From Chrysomallon squamiferum (lineage: Eukaryota > Animalia > Mollusca): a stretch of DNA of 64,000 bases. Where the stretch lies: positions 2,108,001-2,172,000 of the forward strand of contig CM022672.1 in assembly GCA_012295275.1 (NCBI GenBank). The letters run 5' to 3'. The notes beneath the pieces were generated by a model. That model saw only the letters and a program-made list of their open reading frames with translations, did not search any database and was not told where the DNA came from. Shown in pieces: positions 50,791-64,000 of the stretch (the first letter of the stretch is position 1; each line of letters begins with the position of its first letter). A program made the translations under genes and the position numbers.

Positions 50791-52469
50791 GAGGCAATGT
50801 TCTTTTTCAGAAATATCAATTAAAAAATAATTGCTGCTTGAGATTTCATCAGAGAAGCCAGTTGATAGTTGTAACGACTCAGAATGTGTTAAGCATTAAT
50901 TTTACTCTTCAAAAGCATCAATAGAAATTTGATGTTCTAACTCCTACTCTATTCTGCTACTGTCAATGGTGTACCTATGCATGCACAAGAAAGCAGAAAG
51001 AACTTCAAGAGTATTTATATCAGTGTGCAAATAGTTTAATCAAAACTGAAACAACAGTCTATGATTAGCAGATCTGAACCATATGGGATTTTGTGATTTT
51101 ATGACATAAACCACTTAGGTGTCTGTGTAATTACGAACTAGATACATTACTTGTGTAAAGATGGTTTATTGGCAGAAGAATGATGTAGTCTTTAAAAACC
51201 CATTGGATTTTGTTAAAAGGAAAGACAGATTGAGAGATAAAAAAAAAAACCAAAAACTACAAAAAAACAGAGACATATGCATATACACAAACACACAAAA
51301 AAAACATCTTCCTAATAATGTTAACATGATCTATGACAAATGTAAATATTTACATTTTCACCACACACATTCAGTAGAGCCAGAACTAGGGCAAAGGAGA
51401 AATTAAAAAAAATATATAAAGAAAGAAACAGAGATATAATAAAAATATATATTTTAGAATTAGTTACTGTACGTTAAAAGACAGATGAAAGGTAAATGAA
51501 AAATATTTAAGTGGACAGCCAGAGAGAGAGAGAGAGAGAAAATGAAGGATAAAAATAAATATTCTTAAAAATACCTACTGACCTACACTTTTTTTTATGT
51601 CTACATAACAACCATTTTCCTCTCCTTCACTCACTCTCTCTTCTCTTCCCATTTTCTTTCTCTATAAATCCATCACTAACAGGCATCCATTCATAAATAA
51701 TGTGTAAGGTGAAACAGTCTGCTTAAAGTTAGCTCAATTTAACAACCCTATTGCAAAACAATCATGACACTGAAGTCCACTGAGTGTTGAAGACTGTGGA
51801 ACATTAGTTCCATTTTATTACCTGGTCTAGGTGTTAGTTCATACAGTGCATACAAGTTTATTATTTCTTTTCTTCTTTTCTCGAACCTCTCTTACTTTTG
51901 TCTTTTCCTATCATAATTCATCAGAGTCTGGGAATAGAATTAAAGCCTAATAAAACCTTGTGTTGTGCGATATTGTTAAAAGCATTTACGATGATGCGCA
52001 TCTTCATTCCACATCATTAGTTACAACTGTTTTGAAAACACTCAGTGAGACATAGATGTGAACTTGTTTATGTGTCTGCCAAGTTGTGCAAGAGATCTTT
52101 CAAGTCAGACGTTCGTCGTTCGCCAGTGGAAGAAGATTAGCTCGGTGAAGTGTGCAGATTCTGATTTATTTAACACTTGCTTGCGTTACTTATCAATAGC
52201 TGTTTTGTGATATTCATCAATATTGAATAAATCTTGTTGACTTATCTCAGTTTTGTTTATTTTAATCTTGTGCTTAGTGATAAATAATAGCAAAAAAAAA
52301 ACAATTAAAAAAAATATATATTTTAAAAAAAATCAATGCAACAGGAAATACAATACAAGAATTCTCAACATATTAATACTGAATTTATTTTGGTTTGTTG
52401 GTGTGTTTTGGGGTTAATAAAAAAAAAAAATTATTTGTAGTTTGTTTGCTATTAGTGTTAGACATATAT

Positions 52470-52548
52470 TTTAGTCATGATCATAATATTAGAGAGAAGA
52501 AACCTGCTTTCACCACTGTTTCATTGATTAGCAGCATTATTCTTTAAT
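52470..52548 (-). mobile_element. SINE family A fragment
   Basis: AGAGAAGAAACCTGCT...TGATTAGCAGCA is the reverse of the TGCTGCTAA...AGGTTTCTTCTCT motifs. Confidence 0.55.
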
Positions 52549-53564
52549 TAGGTACCTTCCTCTAAACGAAAAAAAAAAGCATACATCAGTCATTTCCTTT
52601 ATTTTGTTAGTAGATTAACAGACTGAAGATGGAGCAGTTGTTGGAATGTCACAACAGATGATTGATTTTGTGATTAACCTATCATACCAGATATTCTCAT
52701 AAAAGTATTCAGCCATTTCCCTTGTATTGTTAGCAGGTTAGAAAACTAACCTATAACATATAATCATAAAATTTGCACTTTTTTTTGTGTGTTTTTTTTT
52801 TTAAAGATAATTTGAAATCAGTTCTTTTGTTTCATTTACATAATTACATTTGACAGTCAGAAAAAAATTTACTGAGATAACATATTGGTGTAATAAAGGA
52901 TTTCATGCTTGAAGTGGTAATTATGAAGTGATGCACACAAGAAAGCTATTTCATTGTAATAAAAGTAAATTTATACATGAAAAGAATAATTGCATAGCTT
53001 TTGTTTTTCTGTTGAATCGTTAGAAAAAAAAAGGCCTCTTCAGTGTAATTGAGATTAAGTTTCTGAACATTTCAATATTTATTAATTAAAGACCAGGTTC
53101 TCGCTAACTGTAATATAAAAATAAACCAGTTTAGTAAACTCATAGGCTGAGATTTCAAGAATAAATGGAATCGGATTGTGGAAAAGACAGAGGAAAGCTT
53201 CAATAAATAAATAAATAAATAAATAAAATAAAAATAAAAATAAAATAAAATAAAATAAAATAAAATAAAAAACTAAATATTTTGAAAATCTCATTTGCTG
53301 AAACTTGTAACTGCTTTTTTGTTATTGACATATTTTCAGTCATTCTTTTTGAATATTGACATACTTTGGTCAGACGCAAGAGCAATAACAGATGAATAAA
53401 TGAATGTATATTAATGTAAGCTTGTATATAATTAAATTAATTTTATGCATTTCATAAATACATACATACATACATACATATTGAACATTGCCTATGTAGA
53501 TTTCATTATGAAGATTATGTTTTATTCTTTAGTGCTCCCAAATATGTTAATGGAAAAACCTTGT

Positions 53565-53700
53565 ATCATTAGTGTTATTACTGTTGTTGTTGTTGTTATT
53601 ATTATTATTATTATTGTTATTGTTGTTGTTGTTGTTACTGTTGTTATAATTGTTAATATTAATATTATTATTATTATTACTAGTATTATTACTATTACTA

Positions 53701-53745
<45 letters not shown>
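53565..53745. repeat. (TTA/TTG)n degenerate microsatellite
   Basis: Direct reading. Confidence 0.9.
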
Positions 53746-53746
<1 letters not shown>

Positions 53747-53784
53747 AAGACACTTAAATATGATTAACTATTGATGTTATGCAG

Positions 53785-54510
53785 TCTGTCAGATCTTGAA
53801 CTCTCCAGTAAGTTCAGCAGAATGATTTTTTTTTTATTTTACAGTTTTGTTTTAATAACTATTTTGTTATTAGTAACATTAATATTTTATTAATTCTAAT
53901 TTGTTAAAGTCACCCAATCTCTCTTGGATCTTGAACTCTGAAATAATTTCAATGAAAAAAAAATAATTATTATTTTTTAATTAGGAACAATAAACCTTTT
54001 GATGTCATTAAATTTCATTCTGCAAAATCATTTAATCTCTGTCAGATACTGAACCCTGAAATGAGTTCATGGGAAAACGTTTTATATTATTAATAATTTT
54101 TTAATTAGAAGTACAACTTAGATATCAAAAACTCTTATAAAGTCTTTCAGATCTTGAAGTCTGAAGTAAATCCATAAAACCGTTTGCTTATATTTTCTTT
54201 TCTCTCCCTCTCTTTTTTTTTTTAAATATTTATATTAATCATTAATAAGAAGAAATCTTAGAAATCATTAACTTTCACTTGAGTTCTGCCAAAAAGTTGA
54301 TGGAAAAATCTTTTATATTATTATTATTATTATTATTTCTTTTTTCTTATATTTTATACAGAATATTTAGATATCATCAAGTAACAGAATCTTGAATTCT
54401 CTCAAAATGTTAAAGAAAAAACTTTTTATATTGTTGTTATTATTATTATTATTTTTTTAATAATTATTTCTTACTGGTAATATTTATATAACTTTCAAAC
54501 AACTTTCTGA

Positions 54511-54542
<32 letters not shown>

Positions 54543-54655
54543 ATTATATATTATTAGGAATTATATTTATATTAATCATCAGCAACAAGAAGCCTAAGAT
54601 ATACTAGAACTCTGATTTGGTTAAATTATATGATCTCTCTCAGATCTTTGAACAG
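53785..54655. repeat. Degenerate ~110-140-bp tandem repeat anchored on TCAGATCTTGAACTCTG
   Basis: Anchor variants near 53788, 53927, 54043, 54147, 54276, 54388, 54597. Confidence 0.65.
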
Positions 54656-56457
54656 GGATCTGATAGAAGTTTCAAGACTATCAGTTACTGGCTGATACTG
54701 TCAGACATTTTACTGGATTTTCTGACAATTTATCATCTTAATCAACTGTCCTATAAGACAGGATTTTTTCTAACATGTCACCTGTCCAAATGTTTGTCTC
54801 AGAATGGCGAGATAAAGTGTTTTTGCTTTTTCATCAGAGGCAATTATTTAATGTAAGTGGATCTGGGTGCTGAAGCTGATAATTGGTGGCTGTAATTCTG
54901 TACAAGTCTGTTCAGATACTGGACGAATTTATGCTATGGCAGTGTATTGGTTTATCCAGTTTGCAATGGAGAAATGGTGATATAATGGAATCAAATTGCA
55001 GCTCCTGTTTACCAGCAACATAATCAGATGAATAAGAAGAATCACAGAAAATGAGTTTTGTTTATCACATTTGCCTTCACAGTTTCGCTGTGTCTATTTA
55101 ATAATCTCTGAGTCTATGTTTGGTTCACTGTTTATGCTTTAAACGATACCAATTATTTGTTTGCGTATAAATATCGCATATTCCTGACTTAAAAAAACTA
55201 TCAGGCTCTTTCAGTTTTGTTTAATAGGCTTGTTGTACATTTTCACCTTCTCAGTTTAACGTTGTTTATTTTACATTAACATTTGAAACTGTCTGCTGTA
55301 TATATTTTCGTAAAGATCTCACTTACTGTTAAACTCAGAAAAGTCTCTAGTGTATGTGAGAAGTGATAATTATGATTTGTATTTTTATTCTTTGGGCTCA
55401 GATTTGGTTTTAGTTTTTTAGCTTTTTTTGTTTAAATTTTTCACCGTTTATATTTAGCAGTCTTCATTCATGTTTGAGTCCTAAATCACAACTATTTATT
55501 TTTCATTGAAATCTTTTTTTGTTTGTTTGTTGCTTTTTGGTGTGTTTTTTTTTTACCTCAAGCAGACTTTGGATCTATAATAAATAAAATAAAATAAAAT
55601 ATAATAAAATAAAAATAAATAAACTAAAATAACTAACTAACTAACTGACTGACTAACTAACTAAATAAATAAATACATGAGTAAACAAACAAATAAACAA
55701 ATAAAAAATAAAATAATCTGTTATTATTTATTTTTATATAAAAAAAATTTGTTACATTCACAGCATTTGGAAAAAAATAAAAAATGAAAAAAAATAAAAA
55801 ACCCAAAGAAAACAGATTATCTTGTTATTTTTTTCTTTCTCATTGCCATTTTAAACTATCATGATTATTTATTTTCATTGAAAACTATATTATTTCTATT
55901 ACAGAAAAAAACAAAAAAACCCAGTTTTTATTTCTTTTCATACCTGAACTATCTTATTTCCAAGATTACCCAGGGGTATTGGATATATCTTACAAACAAA
56001 CAAACAAAAATTGCAAAGAAAAAAACCCTCAAAGATTATCGCTCTTCTTTTTTTTTTTGTCAGTATTCTCCAACATGAGAGAAATCAGCAGACAGAGCAG
56101 TAATGAATTTAAACCTCTTTTTTTTCTTTCTTTTTTCACTAAATGTTTGATTTGGGCTCTCGGCTGTGATTGTTGTTTGTTTTAGCTGCAGGCAATCACC
56201 TCAAGGAAAGACTCATTGTTCACTTAGCTACAAGTCTTGCTCTCCCTGGACACATTGCTGTCAGTTCCATGAGTTGTCTTTCACCAGGAATCAATTGGTG
56301 GGTCAAGCACACAGAGAATAAAAGATGTTTAAAGAAGGCCACCATATGGACTGAAGTTGTTTAAATTGATCTGGACTGTAAATGTGTGGGGGTGTATCTT
56401 GCCTGATAAAGATGTTGATGATGATGATGATGATGAAAATTCATGTATATAAACTTA

Positions 56458-56908
<451 letters not shown>

Positions 56909-57630
56909 ATATAAAGTAACCATGATCAAAGGTTTGGAAAAAAAAAATGAAAAAAGCAAAAAGATTCACTTTTAAGATTTCTACATGCATATGAATGTAA
57001 AAACTGATGTTAAAGCATCAGTATAAAACAAATTTTAAATAACTATTCTGTATAATTAGCAATATATATTCAGTGTAGCTGAGAATCTGACATGTATTTG
57101 TACAAGAGCTGTTGAATCACTAATCCGATTTCATGTCTGTTGCATGAAATCAAATCTTTTATGTGAAAACAACAATTTATTATTATGGCATTAATATTTG
57201 TAGGGGTTTTTTTGTTGGTTTTTTTTTGTTGTTTTTTTGCTATTAGTATGCTTGTCTTTGTTAATGTAAAAAAAAAGAAAAAAGAAAAGAAAGATTTTTA
57301 ATGGCATAGTTATATACCAGCCCAAGACTGGATAAAATATCAGGAAATTTAGTTTTTAATGATATAAACACGCCTGTTTATGATTTTATGATATGAAAAC
57401 TTCAATTTTCAGTTTTATTACTTCAGGACTCTAAGTGATAAAATAAAAAGCAATTTTTGTATTTCATAACAAAAGTAATGATAAAAAAGTTAAAAAAAAA
57501 AATAATAATAAAAAAATAGATAAATAAATAAACATAAAAAAAAAAAAAAAACAATACAAAATAAAAAAATAAATAAATATTCACCCAAAATATACAAATT
57601 TTATATTTTAATTCACATATTATTATTATG

Positions 57631-57681
<51 letters not shown>

Positions 57682-57738
57682 TTTAAAATTCATACATGTA
57701 CTCATTTTCTATTTTACATGTATTATTTTTTAAAACAG

Positions 57739-58285
57739 ATTTCTATGATTTATTGTGAACACAAAACTGTTGTATGGCTGAGGTATCCCTTGGGCTCTAC
57801 CTGCTGCATGATCCATTCATTACATCCAGTTCCTTCCTTCCTGCCATCCTACCTCTTTCCTGCCTGCTGCTGTAGCCATCTGTGTCACTGTCACCACATG
57901 TGCCACTGTCTTAGTCTAGGCTGCTGCTGTCTTCTGCGACGATGTTGCAATAAACGACGTTGTTGTCCTCTACACCACTGTATCCCTTAGTGCTGCTGCT
58001 TCCATATATGCCATTGTTTGCCCCAGTGTTATTGCTGTTGTTGTTATTGTCTGAGCTGTTGCAGATCTCAGCAGTGTTTCTGCCCTCCTCCATGCTGCTG
58101 TTGGCGTTGTTGACTCCTCAGCGCTGTTGCAGCTGTCAGTGGTTCCCATCGTGTTCTTTTTTTACTCCATTTTCATTCTGTCTCCAGTCGTTAACTCACA
58201 GGTGTCCTATTCATCATTTCAGTGTAGACGTTAGTGGTCTCAAATGCTGTCATTATGGCCAATAAAACTCCACTGTCTGCTTCTG
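57739..58285 (+). other. GC-elevated, CTG/TGY-rich island; possible terminal exon or repeat-element relic
   Basis: TTTTTTAAAACAG acceptor at 57738; AATAAA at 57949 and 58261; 81-aa Cys/His-rich ORF 57745-57990. Confidence 0.25.
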
Positions 58286-58374
58286 CATACAGATTTATCA
58301 CTTGACAATGCAATATGATACAAATACATTAATTTGTATAGAATTTCATGAATACAGGGGTTTTTTTTTCTTCC

Positions 58375-58408
<34 letters not shown>

Positions 58409-60284
58409 TTGTTTCTAATGACACAATTGCAGTTCTTTAGAGTTTTATTAAATAAATAAGTCAGTGTTGTAGTGTTATAATGACACAAATAAACTTTTAT
58501 GAAGTGAGTACAGTGTTTTGTACAGTGTTTTCTAAACAGACCGTGGCATTCCTTAGTTAAACATTATATTACATATATCATTAGTGATACGTTTTTTTTA
58601 ACAGTAATTAAGACTTTCAAAACATTGAACTGAGAGTTTTGTGTTTCGACACATGCTAATATTGCATTACTTTTCAAACACAGCATTATATTTCTTTTTA
58701 AATAAAACATTTCATTAGTTCTTAAACACCATGCCTTAGTTTCAGAAACATTGTATTACTTTTAAAAAAATCATTAAATAATTGTTATACTCTTGGACAG
58801 GAAGTAAAAATAACATTATACTAATTTTTAAGTATCATATTTGATTAATATTTAGATACGATTTTCTACAAATTTTGAACACCACTTTGAATTACTGTTC
58901 TAAATGCATATTGTTTTACCTTTCAAACACAAGACTGTATTTTTTTTACTTTTGTTTCAGACATGCAATTGTATTCAGTTCTTGACTATTTTATTTGAAA
59001 AATTTTTGAGCAAATTGTTTTTGGGCTTACAAAGAAGGTGCAGCCATGTTTCTTAGGAGCATCTCAGTGTAGAAAGTGCAATTCGAAACTATTGATTAAT
59101 TGTCAAGGACTGATAATTAAGATGAACATGCAGCATGCCTGAATGAGCTGTAAAGGATGTCTCTTCGACATGCATTCAGTCACTAATTCCAAAGTACAAG
59201 AACTTGGGCTTGTCTCTGAAGCCATTGTAAAGAAACCCATCTTCATCTTCACTGAAATACATTCACAGACCTTCGTTCCTCTTGCCTTTAAGGAACGATT
59301 CAAATATAATGCATTTCTTTTTATTCAGCCTGCATTTGTTAGTTCAGGCATTTCTTCACTGGTTCATTATTTTCTCTTTTCTTTAGCGAAGAAAAGAAAG
59401 AGTAATGGGAATATAAACTACTATGTTTTTTCATAAAAAGATTTATTCTGTATAACATTTTGAGGAGATTTTTGTGCAGTGGTACAAACAACGTGAAAGA
59501 AATCTTTGTGTAATTGTACAAATAACTTGATCAGAACTTTCATTAAAGATTTTTACAAAAAAACTTTTCGTTTTTTCAAATCTTTTAAAGCATGACTCTT
59601 CAATCTCTGTTAATTTAATCCTATGAATTGCTACAGAAAAATAATTTTTTTCCCACCTTTTCTCTTAACATGATAATAAATGAATGCTTTCATCTGCGAC
59701 TAATAAACACACATGTTATTAACACAAGTAATGTCACATGTTGCAATTCCCATCTTATTTATTCTTGTCAGCTTTCTCACTTTCTTTTTCATTTCGTGCT
59801 TCTTTTTCAATTTGCTCTCAGTTTTCTTCATGTTCTTTCCTTTTTTTTTTTTTTTTTTACTTTTCTTCAAGTTCCTTTGTCAATTATGTATTCTTTCTTT
59901 TTCATTTTTTTTTTCTCAATCTTTTTCTTTCTCTGCTCAAACTTTCTATATCTTCTTTGTTTCTTCACTGTTATATATTTTTTTTTCATTTCTTCACCAG
60001 ATTTCTTTATCAGCTTTTTTTTCTTTCCTTTAATATAAAGATACTATTATCAGTTTTGTTTAACGTTTTAAAATAAAGAAAAAAACTGACAGCTGTGACG
60101 TCAATGTGACATAGACTGATTTCCTAACAGCAGATTTACAGTAGTTTTCAGCTGTTGTTTTGTGAGATCACACTCGGAGGTAAATTAATTGATACAGTTA
60201 TAATTAACGAAGATTTTGAGTGTTTTAATTTTCAGATCTGTGTGAAATTAGGTTTATGTAGATAGGAATTTCATTAAGTTTTAT

Positions 60285-60286
<2 letters not shown>

Positions 60287-60348
<62 letters not shown>
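60287..60348. repeat. (AG)n microsatellite
   Basis: Direct reading. Confidence 0.95.
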
Positions 60349-60351
<3 letters not shown>

Positions 60352-60354
60352 TTA

Positions 60355-60640
60355 ATTACTTAACCAACATACAATCATTAACAAAATGTGAATTCTTATT
60401 CATTATTAAATAAATATATATATATATATGTGTAAGAGGCAGTATTAGGATTTGATCTCAAAACCTACTACTCATATACTGATATTTTAACCAACACACC
60501 ACCATTAACAAATGTGATTCTTTTTTCATTATTAAAAAGAAAAAAGAAAAAAATATTAGTCAAGAAGCATTAGACCCCCCAGTATCAGGATTCGATCTCA
60601 GAACCTACTACTCATAAAACAGATAGTTTCACCAGCCAGA
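60355..60640 (-). mobile_element. Tandemly duplicated SINE family B head fragment, reverse orientation (~130-140-bp unit)
   Basis: CAGTAT.AGGATT.GATCTCA.AACCTACTACTCATA twice; TTAACCAACA...CATTAACAAA..GTGA twice. Confidence 0.6.
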
Positions 60641-61105
60641 TCAACATTAACAGAGCATGAATATTTACGCTTTATTAAAAGTGAGTAAATATTAATTAAG
60701 ACGTGATAAAACATTATATCGGTGTCCATTAGTCTGCTATTCAGGTGGAGAGATCTGTTCAAACATTTACTGTAGGAACTGGAGATTATCGGATAACATG
60801 CAAAAAAGATTTTGAGAAACGATCGGAACCCTGAAGTGATGGCCATTTCACCTCTTCCATTAGGGAGGTGATTATCAGCAGATAGCAAGCATTCAGCTTC
60901 ATGGTGTACGGCCAGAGATTATGCTGAGGCAGTATACCAAGGAAAAACAAGTCATTAATGAATCTACCATGCTTCCAGATTCAAAGATGTTAGAGATCAG
61001 TGGGGTTTTTGTTCCAGTATTGCAGATGTTTTTGTTTCTTAAAACTGTTTTTCCATTTCTGCAGATTCTTAAGCTGTTTAATTCTGATAAATTTTTCAGA
61101 GTATG

Positions 61106-61197
61106 TTTATTATTAGTAGTATTCTTATTATTGCTATTACTATTACTATTATTAGTATTATTAGCATTAGTATCATTATTATTTTGTTATTATTATT

Positions 61198-61281
<84 letters not shown>

Positions 61282-61310
61282 GTTATTATTATTATTATTA
61301 TTATTATATA
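61106..61310. repeat. (TTA/TCA)n degenerate microsatellite
   Basis: Direct reading. Confidence 0.9.
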
Positions 61311-62630
61311 TTTTTTTAATTATATTTCTGAAGAGCGAAAAATTGGTCGAAGTTGATATAATACAGTATGGTTTTCTGTCTTTTTTGGCTTGGCATTTTT
61401 CTCCCTTTCCTGTTATTTTGTACACAGAATGTAATAATAATAATAGTGATGATTATGATGATTATGACCATGATGATGATGAAAGATTAATGATATGGCT
61501 ATTTTTCCAAAGATTTACTCAGTCTTATACTATCTTTCATTTTTATTTATTAAATGACTTCAGGATTCTAACACATGTCATTTTGTCATTATACTTTATC
61601 ATTAGCAAAGACTGGTCACCAGTAATAAACAAAACAAGCTTACAAAAAGTACCTAGGCCAATTTATTTCTTCTGTACAGAATAATGATGTACTACAGACA
61701 CATATCATGTGTCTTGTAAATGCTGAAGGGTGTGATTGAATTTTAATAAACACTGAACATTCTACAATACAGCCCAGAACAAATTCATAAAATGACATAT
61801 GCAGATGACAACACTTACATTTAAATAAAATATATCTTCCATATATGTTTTATCCTATGAATAATAAATAAATAAATAAATAACAGTTTGTAGTGTGAAC
61901 TATAAATTATTAAATAACTATTAGTGAACAACTTTTTTTTGCACCTCTTTGAACCTCTGACTGAACAAAAAGATATGAAAACTAATTTGATAAAAGCAAT
62001 GGAATATTTTGACATAGCTGTCAAATATGACATAACTGGGAATCAGAAAGATATCTGAAATAAATTGCTGTAAAATTGCTTTCTCCCTCTGTGATTACAA
62101 GTCTGGACTATACCATTTCACAGTGTAACTGTCTTTCTTTTCTACCTTTCTTTTTACTTTCTTTTCTTTTTTTCTTGGTTCTTCGATATCATTTTCAGCA
62201 ACTTTATGCTGCTTCATCTCCATAATCTTCATCAATGTTTAATTTTGAAAGATATTTCATCAGTCTTGACTTGATGTATGTTGAAATGATGATGTTGATC
62301 AGAAAACACATATTAATGAAACAGCACTTGAGTGACTTCATGAGCTTACGTTTGGTTCAATGGTTCTAATGTACTTTTAATAATTCCAAGTTTGTTACTT
62401 CTGAATCAGATACAGATCTGTAATACTGGTAGTTAGAAGAAGGTCAGGGCATGAACAAACACAACAACATCATATATGTACATATAGAATGAGAGTACAG
62501 AGTGACATACAGACATACAGATGTAAACACACTGAGTTAGACAGAGACACAGACAAAACAATTAGACTGATATATATATGGACATACATCCATACAGATA
62601 GATAAGCATATATACAAATATATAAGCAGA

Positions 62631-62633
<3 letters not shown>

Positions 62634-62678
<45 letters not shown>

Positions 62679-62688
62679 TGTTTGTGTG
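62634..62688. repeat. (TG)n microsatellite
   Basis: Direct reading. Confidence 0.95.
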
Positions 62689-63193
62689 CAGAATGTTAGA
62701 TAAAAGTTAAAAACTAAAAAAATATTTACCATTATACCTTTTTAAATCATTCAAATGGCATTAATTGAACAGGTTGTGGAATATGCATTAATCCAAATTA
62801 TCATCTACATTAATTTTTTTTTTGTCTCCCATTATATACATATATTTATATAAGATGATTTGTTAGTGATGTTTATTAACTAATGCTATGATAACACTTT
62901 TTCAAAGACATAACTAAAATCAAATGTAAGGAGAATATAAAAAAGTTCCTTTTTAAAGTGGTTGTTGTTTTAAAATATTACTAACACACATTCTCTTCTT
63001 TTTTTCACCTTCTACAACAAACAATAAGCACCAGTTTGATTTTCTTTTGCATACAATATTTTCAAGGCACATTTCATTGCTTAAAAGACATCCATCCATT
63101 TTGGTAATTTCTATCAACATTCAAAAACAAATACCAGTTAGAAACATTGATTAGAAATTTATGTGCAAGACTAGATTTACACCTTCTGAACAG

Positions 63194-63445
63194 GGAAGAA
63201 ATAATTCACTTTACAACACCCTCAACATATTTGTATGCTATTGTTATGTGGCTAAGTATGATGTAAAACATATTTGTATATTATGGCTGTGTAGATAAGT
63301 ATGATGTAAAACATATTTGTATATTATGCCTGTATAGATGATGTAAAACATATTTGTATGTTATAGGTACATGGCTAGGTGTGATGCAAGACTAGAACTA
63401 GCTGCCACCATACAGGGAATGGGTTATTCTTACTTTGTTAACAGC
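63194..63445 (-). mobile_element. SINE family A relic, reverse orientation, with ~40-bp triplication
   Basis: GAAGAAATAATTCACTTTACAACACCCTCAACATATTT matches the recalled reversed tail; ATGATGTAAAACATATTTGTAT x3; GCTGCCACCA. Confidence 0.5.
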
Positions 63446-64000
63446 CTTCTTTGTATCCAATTTAAATTAATTTACTAGTAAGGAAAGCAGCATATTTTTT
63501 TTATTTCTTGACTTTTTAAAGCATCTGACTGATCATTTATGTGTAAGAGGGAAACATTTCAGTGACGTTCTGAAACACCAGCTCAGGCCCACCCAGCTTC
63601 GCAGCAAACACAAAAAACTGAATTTTGTTCAAATACGTTTTCTTTTTAGATTTTTTAACTATTATTCTATATTTTTTTGTAATGTTTATTTGTAGCTGTT
63701 TGGTGTTGTGCAGTGCAGCAATAATATTTACATTAGTAACATATGACTGAATGTTATGCCACCTGTCAAACATTTTTTTTCTATGAACAGTTCTTAATGT
63801 ATGTTGTTTTTGTTTTTTTTTGTTTTTTTTTACATATCTTCTTCTTTTTTTTTCCACTTTTAAATTTATTTATTTTTTGGTTGCTGTTTATGATATTTTA
63901 AATTTTGTTTATCATAATGTCAGATAAAAACAAGGTGCCATAATTTCATAAAGATCTTAGCAACTCAGAGTTAATCTGTATCTTCCCGCAGAATGGAAAA

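Noticed and set aside
54938-54960. miR-34/449-like TGGCAGTGTATTG
   Set aside because: Match limited to the 5' portion, and it straddles the loop of a 43-nt hairpin rather than lying on a pre-miRNA arm
55557-55574. 18-nt minus-strand microexon (IQSLLE)
   Set aside because: Acceptor tract is a (TTTA)n microsatellite and the donor GTAAAA is weak
62095-62232. Lys/Glu-rich 45-aa minus-strand ORF
   Set aside because: Largely derived from an A/G-rich low-complexity run; no acceptor or homology

Overview
AT-rich (by eye roughly 30% GC, not computed), strongly CpG-depleted eukaryotic genomic DNA. It is dense in microsatellites, minisatellites and decayed interspersed repeats. The SINE-like relics resemble tRNA-derived SINE families I recall from gastropod genomes; this is unverified recall. 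No complete protein-coding gene, rRNA, tRNA, known miRNA or CRISPR array can be supported, and nearly all ORF-track entries are translations of simple repeats. The window looks like large-intron or gene-desert sequence. Well-supported content: two SINE-like families (called A and B here), an internally deleted Tigger/pogo relic (14115-14287), tandem arrays with 69-, 50-, 32- and about 170-bp units, a 138-bp element present twice 9.3 kb apart, and long inverted (TG)n/(CA)n tracts. The best leads are all hypotheses: (1) a 6-nt minus-strand microexon plus a few phase-compatible minus-strand exon candidates; (2) a CpG-retaining promoter-like island with an NF-Y pair, lying between minisatellites that multiply AP-1 and CRE sites; (3) a 50-bp array that also multiplies TACTAAC/bipartite Quaking elements; (4) a few hairpin-rich islands. 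I cannot claim a new biological system from sequence alone.
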